From Pirellulaceae bacterium (GTDB lineage: Bacteria > Planctomycetota > Planctomycetia > Pirellulales > Pirellulaceae), in NCBI GenBank assembly GCA_041741955.1, contig JBGSJL010000343.1:13953-77952 (forward strand): a stretch of 64,000 nucleotides of DNA, read 5' to 3'. This document shows, one piece after another, positions 1 through 12,336 of the stretch. The notes below the pieces were generated by a model. That model saw only the letters and a program-made list of their open reading frames with translations, searched no databases and was not told the DNA's origin. A program made the translations under genes and the position numbers. Position 1 is the first letter of the stretch; each line of letters starts with the position of its first letter.

Positions 1-281
1 AGAACGATCCAACTGGGGGCTGCGGACTTGTTCTCGGAATGCTCGACAAGTTGAACATCTACGGTCGCGGTTGAGTCCGCATGGGTATGTCCGCTACAGC
101 AGAATTTCGCAGCGGATGAAGACGTAGAGCACTCAGAGTCGACCTCGGGCGAAGAAGAAGTCGCGGCAATGTGCGAGCAATCGTGGCACGAAATCTCATG
201 ATGGTGCCAGTGAGGCCCAATTAACGAGGGCACTCCGTAGAGTACCAGCAAGCAGACGGCTATGAAACGATGCGAGAACAC
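1..281 (-). CDS. His/Cys-rich small exported or membrane protein, partial (runs off the window edge); not in the ORF track
   Basis: Manual translation from GTG at 281 (GGAG upstream): MFSHRFIAVCLLVLYGVPSLIGPHWHHHEISCHDCSH...KFCCSGHTHADS..., with no stop before position 1. Confidence 0.65.
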   Translation of the reverse strand, partial: MFSHRFIAVCLLVLYGVPSLIGPHWHHHEISCHDCSHIAATSSSPEVDSECSTSSSAAKFCCSGHTHADSTATVDVQLVEHSENKSAAPSWIV

Positions 282-421
282 GATTTAACTCCGCACAAAT
301 CGGGTGCGGTCCGACCGATTATAAAGTTAATCAGTGCTTGCTCGGCTGTCAACACACCACGGGGCGATGTATGTCAAGTCACCGCTCAGCACCGAGTTGT
401 CTGCGCCAAACGAGTTTTAGG

Positions 422-1831
422 TTAGGACAAGAGCTCCTGAACCACGTGGCCATCGCTCCATTTCAGCGGTCGACCGATGGGCGTCATCATTTCCGTTTCA
501 TGGTCGATGTCCAGCGCGCTCAACAGAGTTGCGTGCAAATCGGGCACGGATACGATTTTCTCAGTCAGTTTGCTCGGGTCCAGTGGAACATCTTCCTGGC
601 GTTCAAGCAATTTGCGATCTGGATTGGAGGCTGTTGCCCCGTGGACATAGCCGCGTCGGAACTTGCCGCCAGCTAACAGAGTACTGAAGCCATGGGGCCA
701 ATGATCTCGACCTCCGGCGGCATTGATCCGTGGAGTTCGCCCAAATTCACCGCCGCAAAAGACAATTGTATTTTCGAGCATGTCGCGCGCGGCGAGCTCG
801 CTCAGCGTGGCAGCTAGCGCCCTATCCATTATTTTCGCTTGTCCCGATTGCAGTTCATGATTGTTGATATGCGAGTCCCAGCCACCTAATTCCACTTCAA
901 CGCACCGCACGCCGCTGCTCAGTAAGCGGACAGCGGCTAGACAGCCGCGACCGAAGGGCGTATCGCCAAACTGCCGCACAACCGTTTCGCCCTCGGACTG
1001 GACGTCAAACGCCGACAGCTGTTGGCTGTTCATCATCGTCAGCGCGCCCAACGTGGCCGTTTCATGCAGAGTTCGATGGCGATTCAAACCCTGCATCCGA
1101 CCTCTTTGGAACTCTGCTTCCAGGGACTGAAGCAACGGTCCGCGACGCTGCTCCAGCGTACCGGCATCTACGCGAGGTTTGAGATTGGGAACACCCTCTG
1201 CCGGATCGCCGATTTGGAATGCGTCGTACTGGGGGCCCAGATAACCGCCGCGGGCGGGCGCCTGCGAGGCCAAGATGGAAATGTGTCTGGGAATTTCAAT
1301 ATTGCTCTCCGATTGATGGCAGATAATCGAGCCAATCGAAGGGTGCTGCAGTGTCGGATCGGGTCGCCAACCGGTCTTCAAGTGATAGGTCGCGCGCTCG
1401 TGATCTCCCTCCTTGCTGATCACAGACCGAACCAGTGTCGCGTGGTGCATCTGCTCCGCCGTAGCGGGAAGCGTATCGGCAATCTCGTAGCCCGAAATCG
1501 TGGTTGGAATACTCTTGGTATCGCCACCGATAAATGACCCTGGGTGCGGGTCGAACGTTTCCAGTTGGCTCGGACCACCTTGGAGCCAGAGCATCAGCAG
1601 TGACTTGGGCCGCGAGCCTCCAGCGCCCTCTGCCGCGCGCGACAACTGCTCGGCGAGACTAGTCAGCCACAGTCCGCTAGTGGCGGCGAAGCCCATTTGC
1701 AGCATCCCTCGCCGATCCATACGGGTTCGGCTCAAACCCTGTCGACTCGACTTCTGGCTGTGCAGGCGTTGATAGCCAGCACACCCGACCGCAAAATTGT
1801 CGCCATAGGATTCAACAGGATTGGTACACAT
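422..1831 (-). CDS. DUF1501 domain protein with Tat-like leader
   Basis: WLQGGPSQLETFDP, FGRGCLAAVRL, GGWDSH, GEFGRTP and GRDHWP motifs typical of planctomycete DUF1501. The start is moved to ATG 1831 to avoid overlap with the upstream gene; ATG 1720 (MDRRGML) is an alternative. Confidence 0.9.
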   Translation of the reverse strand: MCTNPVESYGDNFAVGCAGYQRLHSQKSSRQGLSRTRMDRRGMLQMGFAATSGLWLTSLAEQLSRAAEGAGGSRPKSLLMLWLQGGPSQLETFDPHPGSFIGGDTKSIPTTISGYEIADTLPATAEQMHHATLVRSVISKEGDHERATYHLKTGWRPDPTLQHPSIGSIICHQSESNIEIPRHISILASQAPARGGYLGPQYDAFQIGDPAEGVPNLKPRVDAGTLEQRRGPLLQSLEAEFQRGRMQGLNRHRTLHETATLGALTMMNSQQLSAFDVQSEGETVVRQFGDTPFGRGCLAAVRLLSSGVRCVEVELGGWDSHINNHELQSGQAKIMDRALAATLSELAARDMLENTIVFCGGEFGRTPRINAAGGRDHWPHGFSTLLAGGKFRRGYVHGATASNPDRKLLERQEDVPLDPSKLTEKIVSVPDLHATLLSALDIDHETEMMTPIGRPLKWSDGHVVQELLS

Positions 1832-1835
1832 AGCT

Positions 1836-3521
1836 CTAATGATTCCAAGAGAATTCGGTGGAGTTGAGCATCGCCCAGTAGATATCGCCCATCGCGCGGC
1901 TGCGGGCATTTCGCGACTTGCCCGCCAAGTGCTCAACCAGGGAGTTTGTTTCCGATTCCGCAGGTCGCCGATTGAGTCCGCTTAAGAAAACCAATTCAAT
2001 CGCTCGTGTGTCATCGCTTACCAGCGCCGCGATACGCGAGCCAGCATTGTTCACCAAGTCGACTTTGGTGCGTTCGGATACCAAGTTGCCGTTCATCATT
2101 ACTAGGCGTTGCGGGATAGTGACGGCTTCGCTTTCAAATTCGTCCTCGCCACGATCCCCAAAACGTCGCAGGAATTCTTGGGTCTCACCAAATACTTTCA
2201 GACGGGTAAAAATCGAGCTAGATTCGTCGATGGCCGTCAACTTGCAGGCTTGGAACAAGCTGCCTGCCACTTGTTCCGGACGTAACTGTGTGATCGGAAA
2301 TACAGCCCACGTTCGCTCGTGGTCTTCCGATATCGGAAATTCAGCTCGGCTGTCGCGACGAAAGGCATCGGTCGATGCGATCAATCGAACCAGTCGCCGC
2401 AGATCGAAGCCGTGCGCTGCAAAGTCGTCTGCCAGCGAGTCCAAGGCTGGCGGCACGCTGTCATCCAGTGGAATGCTATCGACGGGCTCCACGAGCGGAA
2501 GCGAAAACATCAATGCCCAAATTCGATTCACTGTTGCCCGCGAAAACGCCCGGTTGTCTTTGTGTGTGACCCAGTGCGCTAGTCTTGCGCGCGGTTTGCC
2601 TTCGTCAGGCAGCAGCTCCGGAAAAAATGGAACTGCGGGTTCTATGTTCCGCTCGTCGCTTTCGCCGAGGAATTTGTAGAGATAGCTGCGATCGTCTTCG
2701 GTGATGCCACGAAACACGGGATCGGCCAGCGCGGTTCCAGCATAGAAAGCGGCCAGCGCATGAAAGTGCTCCTGGGCTCCCTCGATCGGATCGGCCAGGC
2801 TACCGAAATTGTGCTGACCCAAAAAATCGTCGTGACATTGGAGGCAATCGATCCGCTGAGCTAGGAAGGCTCGCGATGTGCGCCCGGCCAATCGAATGGG
2901 ATCGCCGCGTTGGTCTTCACCTTCATCCATCGTAGCGGTCACAAAATTGACTTGCGGAGTATCCGTCCACAGCCCTTCCGAACTGAGCATCGAACGCACA
3001 ATTTTGTCGTAGCCCACGCCCTCGCGGAATTGATCTGCCAACCAAGCGTTAAACTTGCGGCGCCGAAACAGCAGGAACGGTCCATTGTTCGTTCCTACAA
3101 AAGCCCGCGAGAATCGTTCGGCAAAATAGTCTGCCCAGCGTCTGTCCCGCAGAAGATAATCAGTCCACCACTCGACTTGCTTTTCTGCCGGGACTAGCTC
3201 CAGCGCGCGTACTTCTTCAAGCGACAGACCGCTGCCAACCAGGGCCATTGAAAGCCGTCGGGCTACGGTCAGATTATCGGCAGCCGGAGCGAACCGGAGA
3301 TCGGCTTGAACGACGGGTTCATCAAGTTGTTGATTGACGGTGGCCAGCGTATCTGCGAACCGACCGTCGATATAAGTCTGTGCTCGGCCTGCCGACAGCT
3401 TAATTTCTGGTCGTTCGCTTAAAGTGGCCGCGACCACGGTCAAACCGACCAAGACAGCCACTAGCATCAACAGCGGCTGAAGAATTCTTCGCTTGACCGA
3501 ATGTTGGGTGTTTTGGACCAT
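1836..3521 (-). CDS. DUF1549/DUF1553 (PSD1/PSCyt-type) protein
   Basis: RRLSMALVG, IDCLQCHD (one CxxCH), RARLAHWV, VNRIWALMF and LNSTEFSWNH C-terminus; directly upstream of DUF1501, the usual pairing. Confidence 0.85.
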   Translation of the reverse strand: MVQNTQHSVKRRILQPLLMLVAVLVGLTVVAATLSERPEIKLSAGRAQTYIDGRFADTLATVNQQLDEPVVQADLRFAPAADNLTVARRLSMALVGSGLSLEEVRALELVPAEKQVEWWTDYLLRDRRWADYFAERFSRAFVGTNNGPFLLFRRRKFNAWLADQFREGVGYDKIVRSMLSSEGLWTDTPQVNFVTATMDEGEDQRGDPIRLAGRTSRAFLAQRIDCLQCHDDFLGQHNFGSLADPIEGAQEHFHALAAFYAGTALADPVFRGITEDDRSYLYKFLGESDERNIEPAVPFFPELLPDEGKPRARLAHWVTHKDNRAFSRATVNRIWALMFSLPLVEPVDSIPLDDSVPPALDSLADDFAAHGFDLRRLVRLIASTDAFRRDSRAEFPISEDHERTWAVFPITQLRPEQVAGSLFQACKLTAIDESSSIFTRLKVFGETQEFLRRFGDRGEDEFESEAVTIPQRLVMMNGNLVSERTKVDLVNNAGSRIAALVSDDTRAIELVFLSGLNRRPAESETNSLVEHLAGKSRNARSRAMGDIYWAMLNSTEFSWNH

Positions 3522-3626
3522 CAGCGAATGCTTTGGTTCGAGTATTATGAGTCGGCGTTCAGTAATTTTTCGCTCGCTGCGTCCCGTTCTTGGCAAGAAT
3601 TCGAGCCGATTTGCGAATGGCTAGCT

Positions 3627-4925
3627 ATGCAACCACCTATTGTAGATGAAAACCGCAGCCGGCTGCCGCCGCGAGTCAGCCCAAGTTACTTGGACGAACT
3701 GTCGGTTCCTTCGATTGGCCGGCTGTCGCCGCCAAGCGGAAATCTGCAAGATTCAGCCTCGAACGTTACTGACGTCCAGGGCTTGGCCATGCCACGCATG
3801 AAAGTCGAGCGACTTGCCTGGTATCGCTGGCCGAGTTGGGGTCTGTCGCGGTTGTGGGAAATGCTGAGTTTATGCGTGCTGCTCGCCATCGTTTCTGCCA
3901 TCCCGATCGTGCAACTGGCAAGTCTCGGGTATCTGCTTAATTCGGCGGCCAATCTCGCCAAACGGCGTCCCTGGTCGTCGGCTTTTCCCGGCGCACGGGT
4001 CGCGGGCAGGATAGCGGGCTTTGCATTGATGGCCGGTTTGTTCTGGCTGCCCGTGTGGTTCGTCAGCGACCTATCCTACTCAGCTCAATTGCTACAGCCC
4101 GGTTCCAATTCGGCTCGAGCCTGGCGTTTGGCGGCCTTTGCCATCACGTTCGCTTGGGTGCTGCAAGTCGTCTGGGCGGCTATGCGCGGCGGAAGATGTT
4201 GGCACTTCTTGTGGCCAGCTCCCATTCGGTTTCTGAAAAATATTGGACGACCGTGCACTTGGGCTCGCGCAGCGGACGATTTGTTCGAACTGACAAATGG
4301 TTTGCAAATTCCAAGACTGTGGTGGCTCGGTACACGCGCCGCTGCTGGCGCTCTGCTGTGGACCGCTTTGCCCGTCTCGTGCATGATCATCGGCCAGCGC
4401 GCGAGCGACTTTGAGGCCGCCGCACTGGTAGGCTTGGCCGGCGCGGCAGCGATGACCGTGATCATGCTTTATCTCCCATTCTTGCAGATTCAACTAGCCG
4501 TAGAGAATCGCTTTGCCGCCATGTTCGCGGTAAGGGCAGTTCGCAAACGGTTTCTATTCGCTCCCTGGGCACACGCGCTCAGCCTATTGTTATTGTGCGG
4601 ACTGTGTATTCCATTGTATTTACTGCGCATCGAAGCCACGCCTGCGGAGCTCGTCTGGGCACCCAGCCTAGTATTCGTCGCGTTCATGTTGCCCGCTAAG
4701 ATCATTCTGGGAGCAGCCATGGGCTACGCCGATAGCCGTCGCTCCAAGCCGGACGCGAAGGTACGCCACTGGGTTTTGCGCTGGCCCGCGCGTAGCTTAG
4801 CACTCGCCAGCGTGCTGGTTTATGTCGGAGCCTTGTATGTTGCTCAACTTGTGGCTGGCCAAGGAGCTTTTGTCATGTATTTCCAACATGCCTTTCTCGT
4901 TCCTGCCCCTCTCATCAGTTCCTAA
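3627..4925 (+). CDS. Polytopic membrane protein (DUF4013-like)
   Basis: Multiple hydrophobic helices, SLGYLL motif and YFQHAFLVPAP C-terminus; start uncertain. Confidence 0.6.
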   Translation: MQPPIVDENRSRLPPRVSPSYLDELSVPSIGRLSPPSGNLQDSASNVTDVQGLAMPRMKVERLAWYRWPSWGLSRLWEMLSLCVLLAIVSAIPIVQLASLGYLLNSAANLAKRRPWSSAFPGARVAGRIAGFALMAGLFWLPVWFVSDLSYSAQLLQPGSNSARAWRLAAFAITFAWVLQVVWAAMRGGRCWHFLWPAPIRFLKNIGRPCTWARAADDLFELTNGLQIPRLWWLGTRAAAGALLWTALPVSCMIIGQRASDFEAAALVGLAGAAAMTVIMLYLPFLQIQLAVENRFAAMFAVRAVRKRFLFAPWAHALSLLLLCGLCIPLYLLRIEATPAELVWAPSLVFVAFMLPAKIILGAAMGYADSRRSKPDAKVRHWVLRWPARSLALASVLVYVGALYVAQLVAGQGAFVMYFQHAFLVPAPLISS

Positions 4926-5327
4926 CCCACTTGCTCGGTCGAACTAGGTGCAGGGCATCCCATGGGGTGCGATGAGTTCCCACCTGTCGCAAATTAATCA
5001 AATCCACGCATTTTCCCACCGTGTTTGCTAACTGACAGCTTCGTTTTTGGGCTTTCGAGGATCAGTGGAAGCTGTAAACTATGGCTGCGACGGGAATTGG
5101 GTGAATTTGGGCGTTTGAGCGGAATGGCCCTCTCCAGCAGGGTGTTAAAAAGGCGTCTGATCGCGGAAAGCGGCACACGAGCTTGGAATTGACTGTAGAG
5201 AATGCTTGAATAAATTCCCCAAACTAGTGCTTACGGGTGGTTTGGATAGGTCGCCGCCGGACTTGTCTCAACTGGTCCAGATCGCCGGGCGTGACTGAAC
5301 ATCTTTCGCAGGGGTTCGGTCTAGAAG

Positions 5328-5366
5328 TTGGTTTGGAAATTTGGTTTGGAAATTTGGTTTGGAAAT
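5328..5366. repeat. Perfect 13-bp tandem repeat x3 (TTGGTTTGGAAAT)
   Basis: Copies at 5328-5340, 5341-5353 and 5354-5366, about 60 bp upstream of fusA. Confidence 0.95.
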
Positions 5367-5425
5367 TACGGCAGAGATCAGACGCTTTCTGACTCTGAAT
5401 TTGTTAAGTCTCTCTTAGGTGAATT

Positions 5426-7537
<2,112 letters not shown>

Positions 7538-7595
7538 TTTCAGTTACTCGGAAAGCCAGGAATTCAGAAAATACGCCGCAAGGCTGTAAGATCGG

Positions 7596-7640
7596 AGGCC
7601 AGCACACGGAGCGTCAATCTGTGTCGCTGGCCTTGTTTCC
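7596..7640 (+). terminator. Possible terminator hairpin between convergent fusA and HEAT-repeat genes
   Basis: Imperfect stem AGGCCAGCACAC...GTGTCGCTGGCCT followed by a weak T tract (TGTTT). Confidence 0.4.
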
Positions 7641-7676
7641 TAGTGAGCTCCCAGTTTCCTAGTGTGCCCCAGGGCG

Positions 7677-8906
7677 CTAGCGATCACGTCTTAAATCGAA
7701 CGCTGGCGGAGCATGAACGCTGGCATACCAAGCGATCCAACGACCCTCGTCGAATCCCAATGCTGCTTGTCCGGTGAGCTGCTGAAGGGTGGCGAGTACG
7801 GATTGATTTGATATGTCTCGTTCGATGGGCGGTTTTTGGCCAGTCGAGAAAGTTCCGCTGGTTGGACTTGCGCTGATGCCTGCACTGTTTTGTTCTTGAA
7901 CGTGTTTGGTGACGAGCGCGTCGATCAAAGGCAAGACCGCGTTTTCCGCTCGCAATTGTCCTAGCCCCTCTGCCGCGCTATTGACGAGCCCATTATTGTC
8001 ATTGGACAAATAGCCCATAAAAATTGGGATGGCAACTTCGCGCCCGTATTGAGTGAGTGCATTCATGCAGAGCGTTCGAATTTGGGGGTTTGGGTCGAGC
8101 ATGGTAGCGCGGGCCAGCGCATGAGCCGAATCGACGTTCTTGAATTTCGCGAGCTTGCTAACGTAGATCAATTTCAATTCTAGCGGTGCAGGCTTGCGGG
8201 TATCCAGCAGGAATTCGGCCATCATGCTGGTGGCCAGCGGATCTTCTATTTGCTGGAGATTGCGGATGGCTTCGTCGTAGCGGGCCCCACGGGCGGTGAG
8301 CGCCGTGGAATGCCAGCGGTTGAGGTCGCGCGTGGCAGCCCCAACTCGTTGACGTAGCTCTTCCTTGTTCTGTTCGATTTGGATTGATTCTGGAAACCGC
8401 CAGCGCCCCTTAAATTTGACTTTACCGCGCTGCTCCCCCATGACAACTTCCTTCTTCACCCAACGTCCGTTTGTATCCATGTCATAGCCCGTGGCCTCTC
8501 GAGCCGGGCGATTGTCGGGATCCATATCCAGGACGCGTAGGTAATGGGCATTGGCCAAGTCGAGCAGACCATCTTTGGAACACTGGCTAATTTCTGCGGA
8601 ATGTCCAGCGACTGACTGCTCGACTGCGACCACTCGCTTTTCATATTCCCGCCGACTGTCGGCCAGCGGTTCAAAACCATTGTTTTGAAGCTCGGACTCG
8701 AGCACGCGCACGAAGACTCCCATGTCCACTTCGACGGCCCATACTCGGACCGAGAGCTTGTTTACGGTTTCCTTACTCTCGTCAACCACTTTTCCGGCAA
8801 TCACGCGACCGTCTTTGTACCTAAAGACGTCCCCACGAGTTTCCGACCAGGGTGTAGCGATCAAAAGCAGCAATCCCAGTACCCGACCAATAGGCAGTGA
8901 GTTCAT
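7677..8906 (-). CDS. Exported HEAT-repeat protein
   Basis: Signal peptide followed by DVFRYKDGRVIAG; HEAT-like repeats (DPNPQIRTLCMNAL, VNSAAEGLGQLRAENAVLPLIDAL). Confidence 0.75.
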   Translation of the reverse strand: MNSLPIGRVLGLLLLIATPWSETRGDVFRYKDGRVIAGKVVDESKETVNKLSVRVWAVEVDMGVFVRVLESELQNNGFEPLADSRREYEKRVVAVEQSVAGHSAEISQCSKDGLLDLANAHYLRVLDMDPDNRPAREATGYDMDTNGRWVKKEVVMGEQRGKVKFKGRWRFPESIQIEQNKEELRQRVGAATRDLNRWHSTALTARGARYDEAIRNLQQIEDPLATSMMAEFLLDTRKPAPLELKLIYVSKLAKFKNVDSAHALARATMLDPNPQIRTLCMNALTQYGREVAIPIFMGYLSNDNNGLVNSAAEGLGQLRAENAVLPLIDALVTKHVQEQNSAGISASPTSGTFSTGQKPPIERDISNQSVLATLQQLTGQAALGFDEGRWIAWYASVHAPPAFDLRRDR

Positions 8907-9155
8907 AAGGCATGGCAATCTTGAAGAAATGACAAATAGGCCGAAGCTCATTATAGCTCGCCTCTTAATTGGGCAGCGCCAACTCGTACGAAAACGCTGA
9001 TTTTGAATGTCAGCTAATTGGCGTGGTCCGGTGAACCACCGACCGCCGACATCCGACTGACTGCCTACCGGCGCATTTGGTAAGCCCTTGCTAGAATGAT
9101 ATCGAAGCGATAGTTTTTAAGGATCAAGCGGCAAATAAGTGTCGGCTTTTCCAAC

Positions 9156-9219
9156 GTCGCTCGGCTCTCCGAGCCGATTGCGACCGACTTTCCGCTGTCG
9201 GTTCGGAGAACCGAGTGAC
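9156..9219. repeat. REP-like palindromic doublet
   Basis: GTCGCTCGGCTCTCCGAGCCGA...TCGGTTCGGAGAACCGAGTGAC imperfect inverted repeat; each arm is itself a hairpin. Confidence 0.7.
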
Positions 9220-9371
9220 AATTATTTCCAGCTTGACCCTACGCTTGCGTCGGCGGCAGCCTGCCGTCAAAACGGCGCTGCCTATGGGTAAATTTTTTTC
9301 CGACTATTGCCGCGATCCAATGACTTCTTAAACGCTGAATTGATGGTGCTATGATTGCGACCGACAAGGCC

Positions 9372-10610
9372 ATGCTATTACCCGACGAGCAGCGGATCGT
9401 GATGACGGCTGTGGGATTGACCAGCCCCAACGGTAACGACTTGGAGACTCTCCGCGACAATTTGCTCAACAACCGTAGCGGCGTTCAAGATTACGAAATT
9501 CGCTATGTCGGCAAAACGCTGGCTGGAATTTGCGATTTTCCTGCGACGCAGTATCAATCGAAAAAGGACGTGCGTCGCGGCACCCGCGCGGGTGCCGTGG
9601 GGATTTGGGCGGCCAATGAAGCCATCCGGCGCAGCGGGCTCGAGTGGGAGAACGTCGAAAAGTCGCGAGTGGGCATTTACATCGGTGTGACCGAACACGG
9701 AAATGTCGAGACCGAGAACGAAATCTACCAGATCAAGGGCTTCGACTACGACACCCAGTTTTGGTCGCACCATCACAATCCACGGACTGTGGCCAACAAT
9801 CCGGCCGGCGAGGTGGCGCTCAACTTGGGTGTGACCGGTCCTCACTACACCATCGGAGCGGCCTGTGCGGCTGGTAATGCGGGCATCATTCAAGGAGCGC
9901 AGATGCTGCGGCTGGGCGAATGCGACATCGCGTTAGCCGGCGGCGTGTCGGAAAGCATTCACACATTTGGGATTTTTGCCAGCTTCAAGAGCCAAGGCGC
10001 CTTGGCTCATCATGATGACCCTACGAAGGCCTGCCGACCCTTCGACAAAGAACGCAACGGGATTGTAGTTTCGGAGGGAGCCTGTTTGTATGTGCTCGAA
10101 CGACTCAGCGACGCTCGCCTGCGGGGGGCGAACGTGATCGCTGAGATTGTTTCATACGCTATGAATACCGATGCTACTGACTTTGTGTTGCCCAACCCTG
10201 AGCGGCAGGCACAATGCGTAGAACTCGCGCTCCAGCGGGGAGGCTTGTCGGCCGATGCGATCGATATCGTGAGCACTCATGCGACTGGGACTTCCAGTGG
10301 CGATTCGCAAGAGTGCCAGGCGCTGCGCAAAGTTTTTCACGATTGCCCTAGCACCTATTTCAATAACACCAAGAGCTTTATCGGTCATACGATGGGAGCG
10401 GCCGGCGCGTTGGAACTGGCTGGCAATCTGCCAAGCTTCAAAGACAATGTCTGCCACGCGACCATCAACCTAGACAACCTTGATCCGGATTGTGCGCTGG
10501 ATGGACTGGTAGGCAACCAACCCAAGGAAGTCACACGTATCCGCTACATACTTAACAATTCATTCGGCATGCTGGGAATCAACTCCGTGGTCATTGTGCG
10601 ACCGCTGTGA
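9372..10610 (+). CDS. Beta-ketoacyl-ACP synthase (FabF/FabB family)
   Basis: Catalytic Cys (GAACAAG), His (STHATGT) and His (KSFIGHTMGAAG); NSFG near the C-terminus. Confidence 0.9.
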   Translation: MLLPDEQRIVMTAVGLTSPNGNDLETLRDNLLNNRSGVQDYEIRYVGKTLAGICDFPATQYQSKKDVRRGTRAGAVGIWAANEAIRRSGLEWENVEKSRVGIYIGVTEHGNVETENEIYQIKGFDYDTQFWSHHHNPRTVANNPAGEVALNLGVTGPHYTIGAACAAGNAGIIQGAQMLRLGECDIALAGGVSESIHTFGIFASFKSQGALAHHDDPTKACRPFDKERNGIVVSEGACLYVLERLSDARLRGANVIAEIVSYAMNTDATDFVLPNPERQAQCVELALQRGGLSADAIDIVSTHATGTSSGDSQECQALRKVFHDCPSTYFNNTKSFIGHTMGAAGALELAGNLPSFKDNVCHATINLDNLDPDCALDGLVGNQPKEVTRIRYILNNSFGMLGINSVVIVRPL

Positions 10611-10634
10611 GAAAAAGTCTAGCAAGCACTACAA

Positions 10635-10901
10635 TTGTCATGGTCTTTCACGATGGACGAAGAAAGCGAACTCGACCTAACGTCTGATCCAAGCCCGAGA
10701 ACATTTCCCGCTACAGACGCCAACTCGCCACCCAATCGGCCAAAGCGAGTTCGACCTGAAGCCGCGCGCGTGTTATTCAAATGCTGCCGAATATACGTGC
10801 AGGTACCTATCCCCAGCGGAGTCCAGCATGGGCAATTCAAGAGCTGGCGTTTTCACTGTCCACGCTGCGGGCAGCTCGTCGAAATTCCGCTCACATCCTA
10901 A
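10635..10901 (+). CDS. Small putative Zn-ribbon protein
   Basis: FKCCRIY ... CPRCG Cys pairs; same strand as its neighbours. Confidence 0.6.
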   Translation: MSWSFTMDEESELDLTSDPSPRTFPATDANSPPNRPKRVRPEAARVLFKCCRIYVQVPIPSGVQHGQFKSWRFHCPRCGQLVEIPLTS

Positions 10902-12192
10902 ATATCCATTAGGCATTTGCTGGCCCAGTCATGGGGCATTGTCTGCCACTGGCTTCGACGTCCAGAACAATCTACTGCGTCGGTGGACGGCCGTGATGAC
11001 GGGGCTGTTGATTGCCGCGACATGGCGGCTGTGGACGCTGACATCGGAATTTCCAGCCGTACCACTCTTCAGTAGCCTATGCGAATTGCCGCCTGAAGTT
11101 GACTGGTTATTCTTGGCGGCTCTATGCAGTGGTCTCGCTGTCATGTCGACAGCGACAGCAAAACTCGCAAAGCTCGGGATGTTAGTCGTTGTGGCGAGTG
11201 GCTCAGGGCTGATTGCGCTGGACCAACATCGTTGCCAACCCTGGTTTTACCAGTTGCTGCTATTTTGCCTGCTGTGGCTCATTTGCGAAGCGCGACAAGC
11301 CCAGCGATTCATCCTGTGGATTGTGATCAGTGTGTATTTCTATTCTGCATTAGGCAAGCTCGACTTCGAATTCTTGCATACGGTCGGCCAGGACTTTTGG
11401 AGCGGTGGAGCTCGGCTGGTTAGGCTGCGACCAGAAGTGCCGCAAGCCACGTCGCTCTGGCTGATCGCCTTGCTGCCGCTCACCGAGCTAGTCATCGCGG
11501 CGGGCCTGATGTTTCGCTCAACGCGTAGAGTAGCCGGTAGTGCGGCTTGCGTTTTACACTTAGGCCTGGTGGTTTTACTCGGGCCGCTTGGGCTCAACCA
11601 CAGTAGGGGCGTCGTATTGTGGAATTTTCAATTTGCAGTTCAAGCGCTATTGCTGTTTGTGTTGGCGACACGAACAGATAGCATCGACGTGTTGCCTAAC
11701 ACGCAGTCTGTTGGCAGGCTGCGGTTGGGGTGGGCCGTAGCCCTGCTGGCGATTGGCATGCCAGTTCTTGAACGATTCGGTTTGTGGGATCACTGGGCGA
11801 GTTGGGCCCTGTACGCACCGCACAGCAGCCGCACAGAGATTTGGGTGGCATCTACCTTTAGAGAGTACCTTCCTGGGACCTTGCGCGATGAACTGCAACC
11901 CGAAACAGAGCTGACGTTGTGGATTCGGCTTCCGATCGAGCGCTGGTCCTTGGAGCAGGTCTCTGCGCCGATCTATCCGCAAGCGCGTTTTCAAATGGGC
12001 GTTGCCCTTGCATTGACACGTACATTGCAGTCCGAATACGCGGTACGGGTTATCGTGCGAAGTGTCTCCAGCCGCATGGACGGCAGCCGAAAATCCAGCG
12101 AATATGTTGGCCTAAGCAACATCGAGTCCGCTGCCGATTCGTTTTGGCTCAATGCTCGCCCGCGCACACGACGGGACATGAATTGGAAATGA
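10828..12192 (+). CDS. Polytopic membrane protein, MauE/DoxX- or HTTM-like
   Basis: About 9 hydrophobic segments; LDQHRCQPWFYQ, YFYSALGK, ELVIAAGL and WDHWASWALY motifs; true start probably ~10930-11000. Confidence 0.6.
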   Translation: MGNSRAGVFTVHAAGSSSKFRSHPKYPLGICWPSHGALSATGFDVQNNLLRRWTAVMTGLLIAATWRLWTLTSEFPAVPLFSSLCELPPEVDWLFLAALCSGLAVMSTATAKLAKLGMLVVVASGSGLIALDQHRCQPWFYQLLLFCLLWLICEARQAQRFILWIVISVYFYSALGKLDFEFLHTVGQDFWSGGARLVRLRPEVPQATSLWLIALLPLTELVIAAGLMFRSTRRVAGSAACVLHLGLVVLLGPLGLNHSRGVVLWNFQFAVQALLLFVLATRTDSIDVLPNTQSVGRLRLGWAVALLAIGMPVLERFGLWDHWASWALYAPHSSRTEIWVASTFREYLPGTLRDELQPETELTLWIRLPIERWSLEQVSAPIYPQARFQMGVALALTRTLQSEYAVRVIVRSVSSRMDGSRKSSEYVGLSNIESAADSFWLNARPRTRRDMNWK

Positions 12193-12336
12193 CCCCATGG
12201 TCTTCATAATGCTGGATTAATTATTGGCGCGCCGTCCGCCCAGGCTGCTTGCCTCACTGGCAAAATAGCGTGACAATACGTTGGCATGCGTCGCAAACAT
12301 GTTTGCAGCGCCGACCCTAGCAGAGAGATGATGGTC

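Noticed and set aside
5328-5366. CRISPR array
   Set aside because: The 13-bp units are directly adjacent with no spacers, and there are no cas genes.
9372-10610. Type II PKS gene cluster
   Set aside because: There is a single ketosynthase with no chain-length factor, ACP or tailoring genes nearby.
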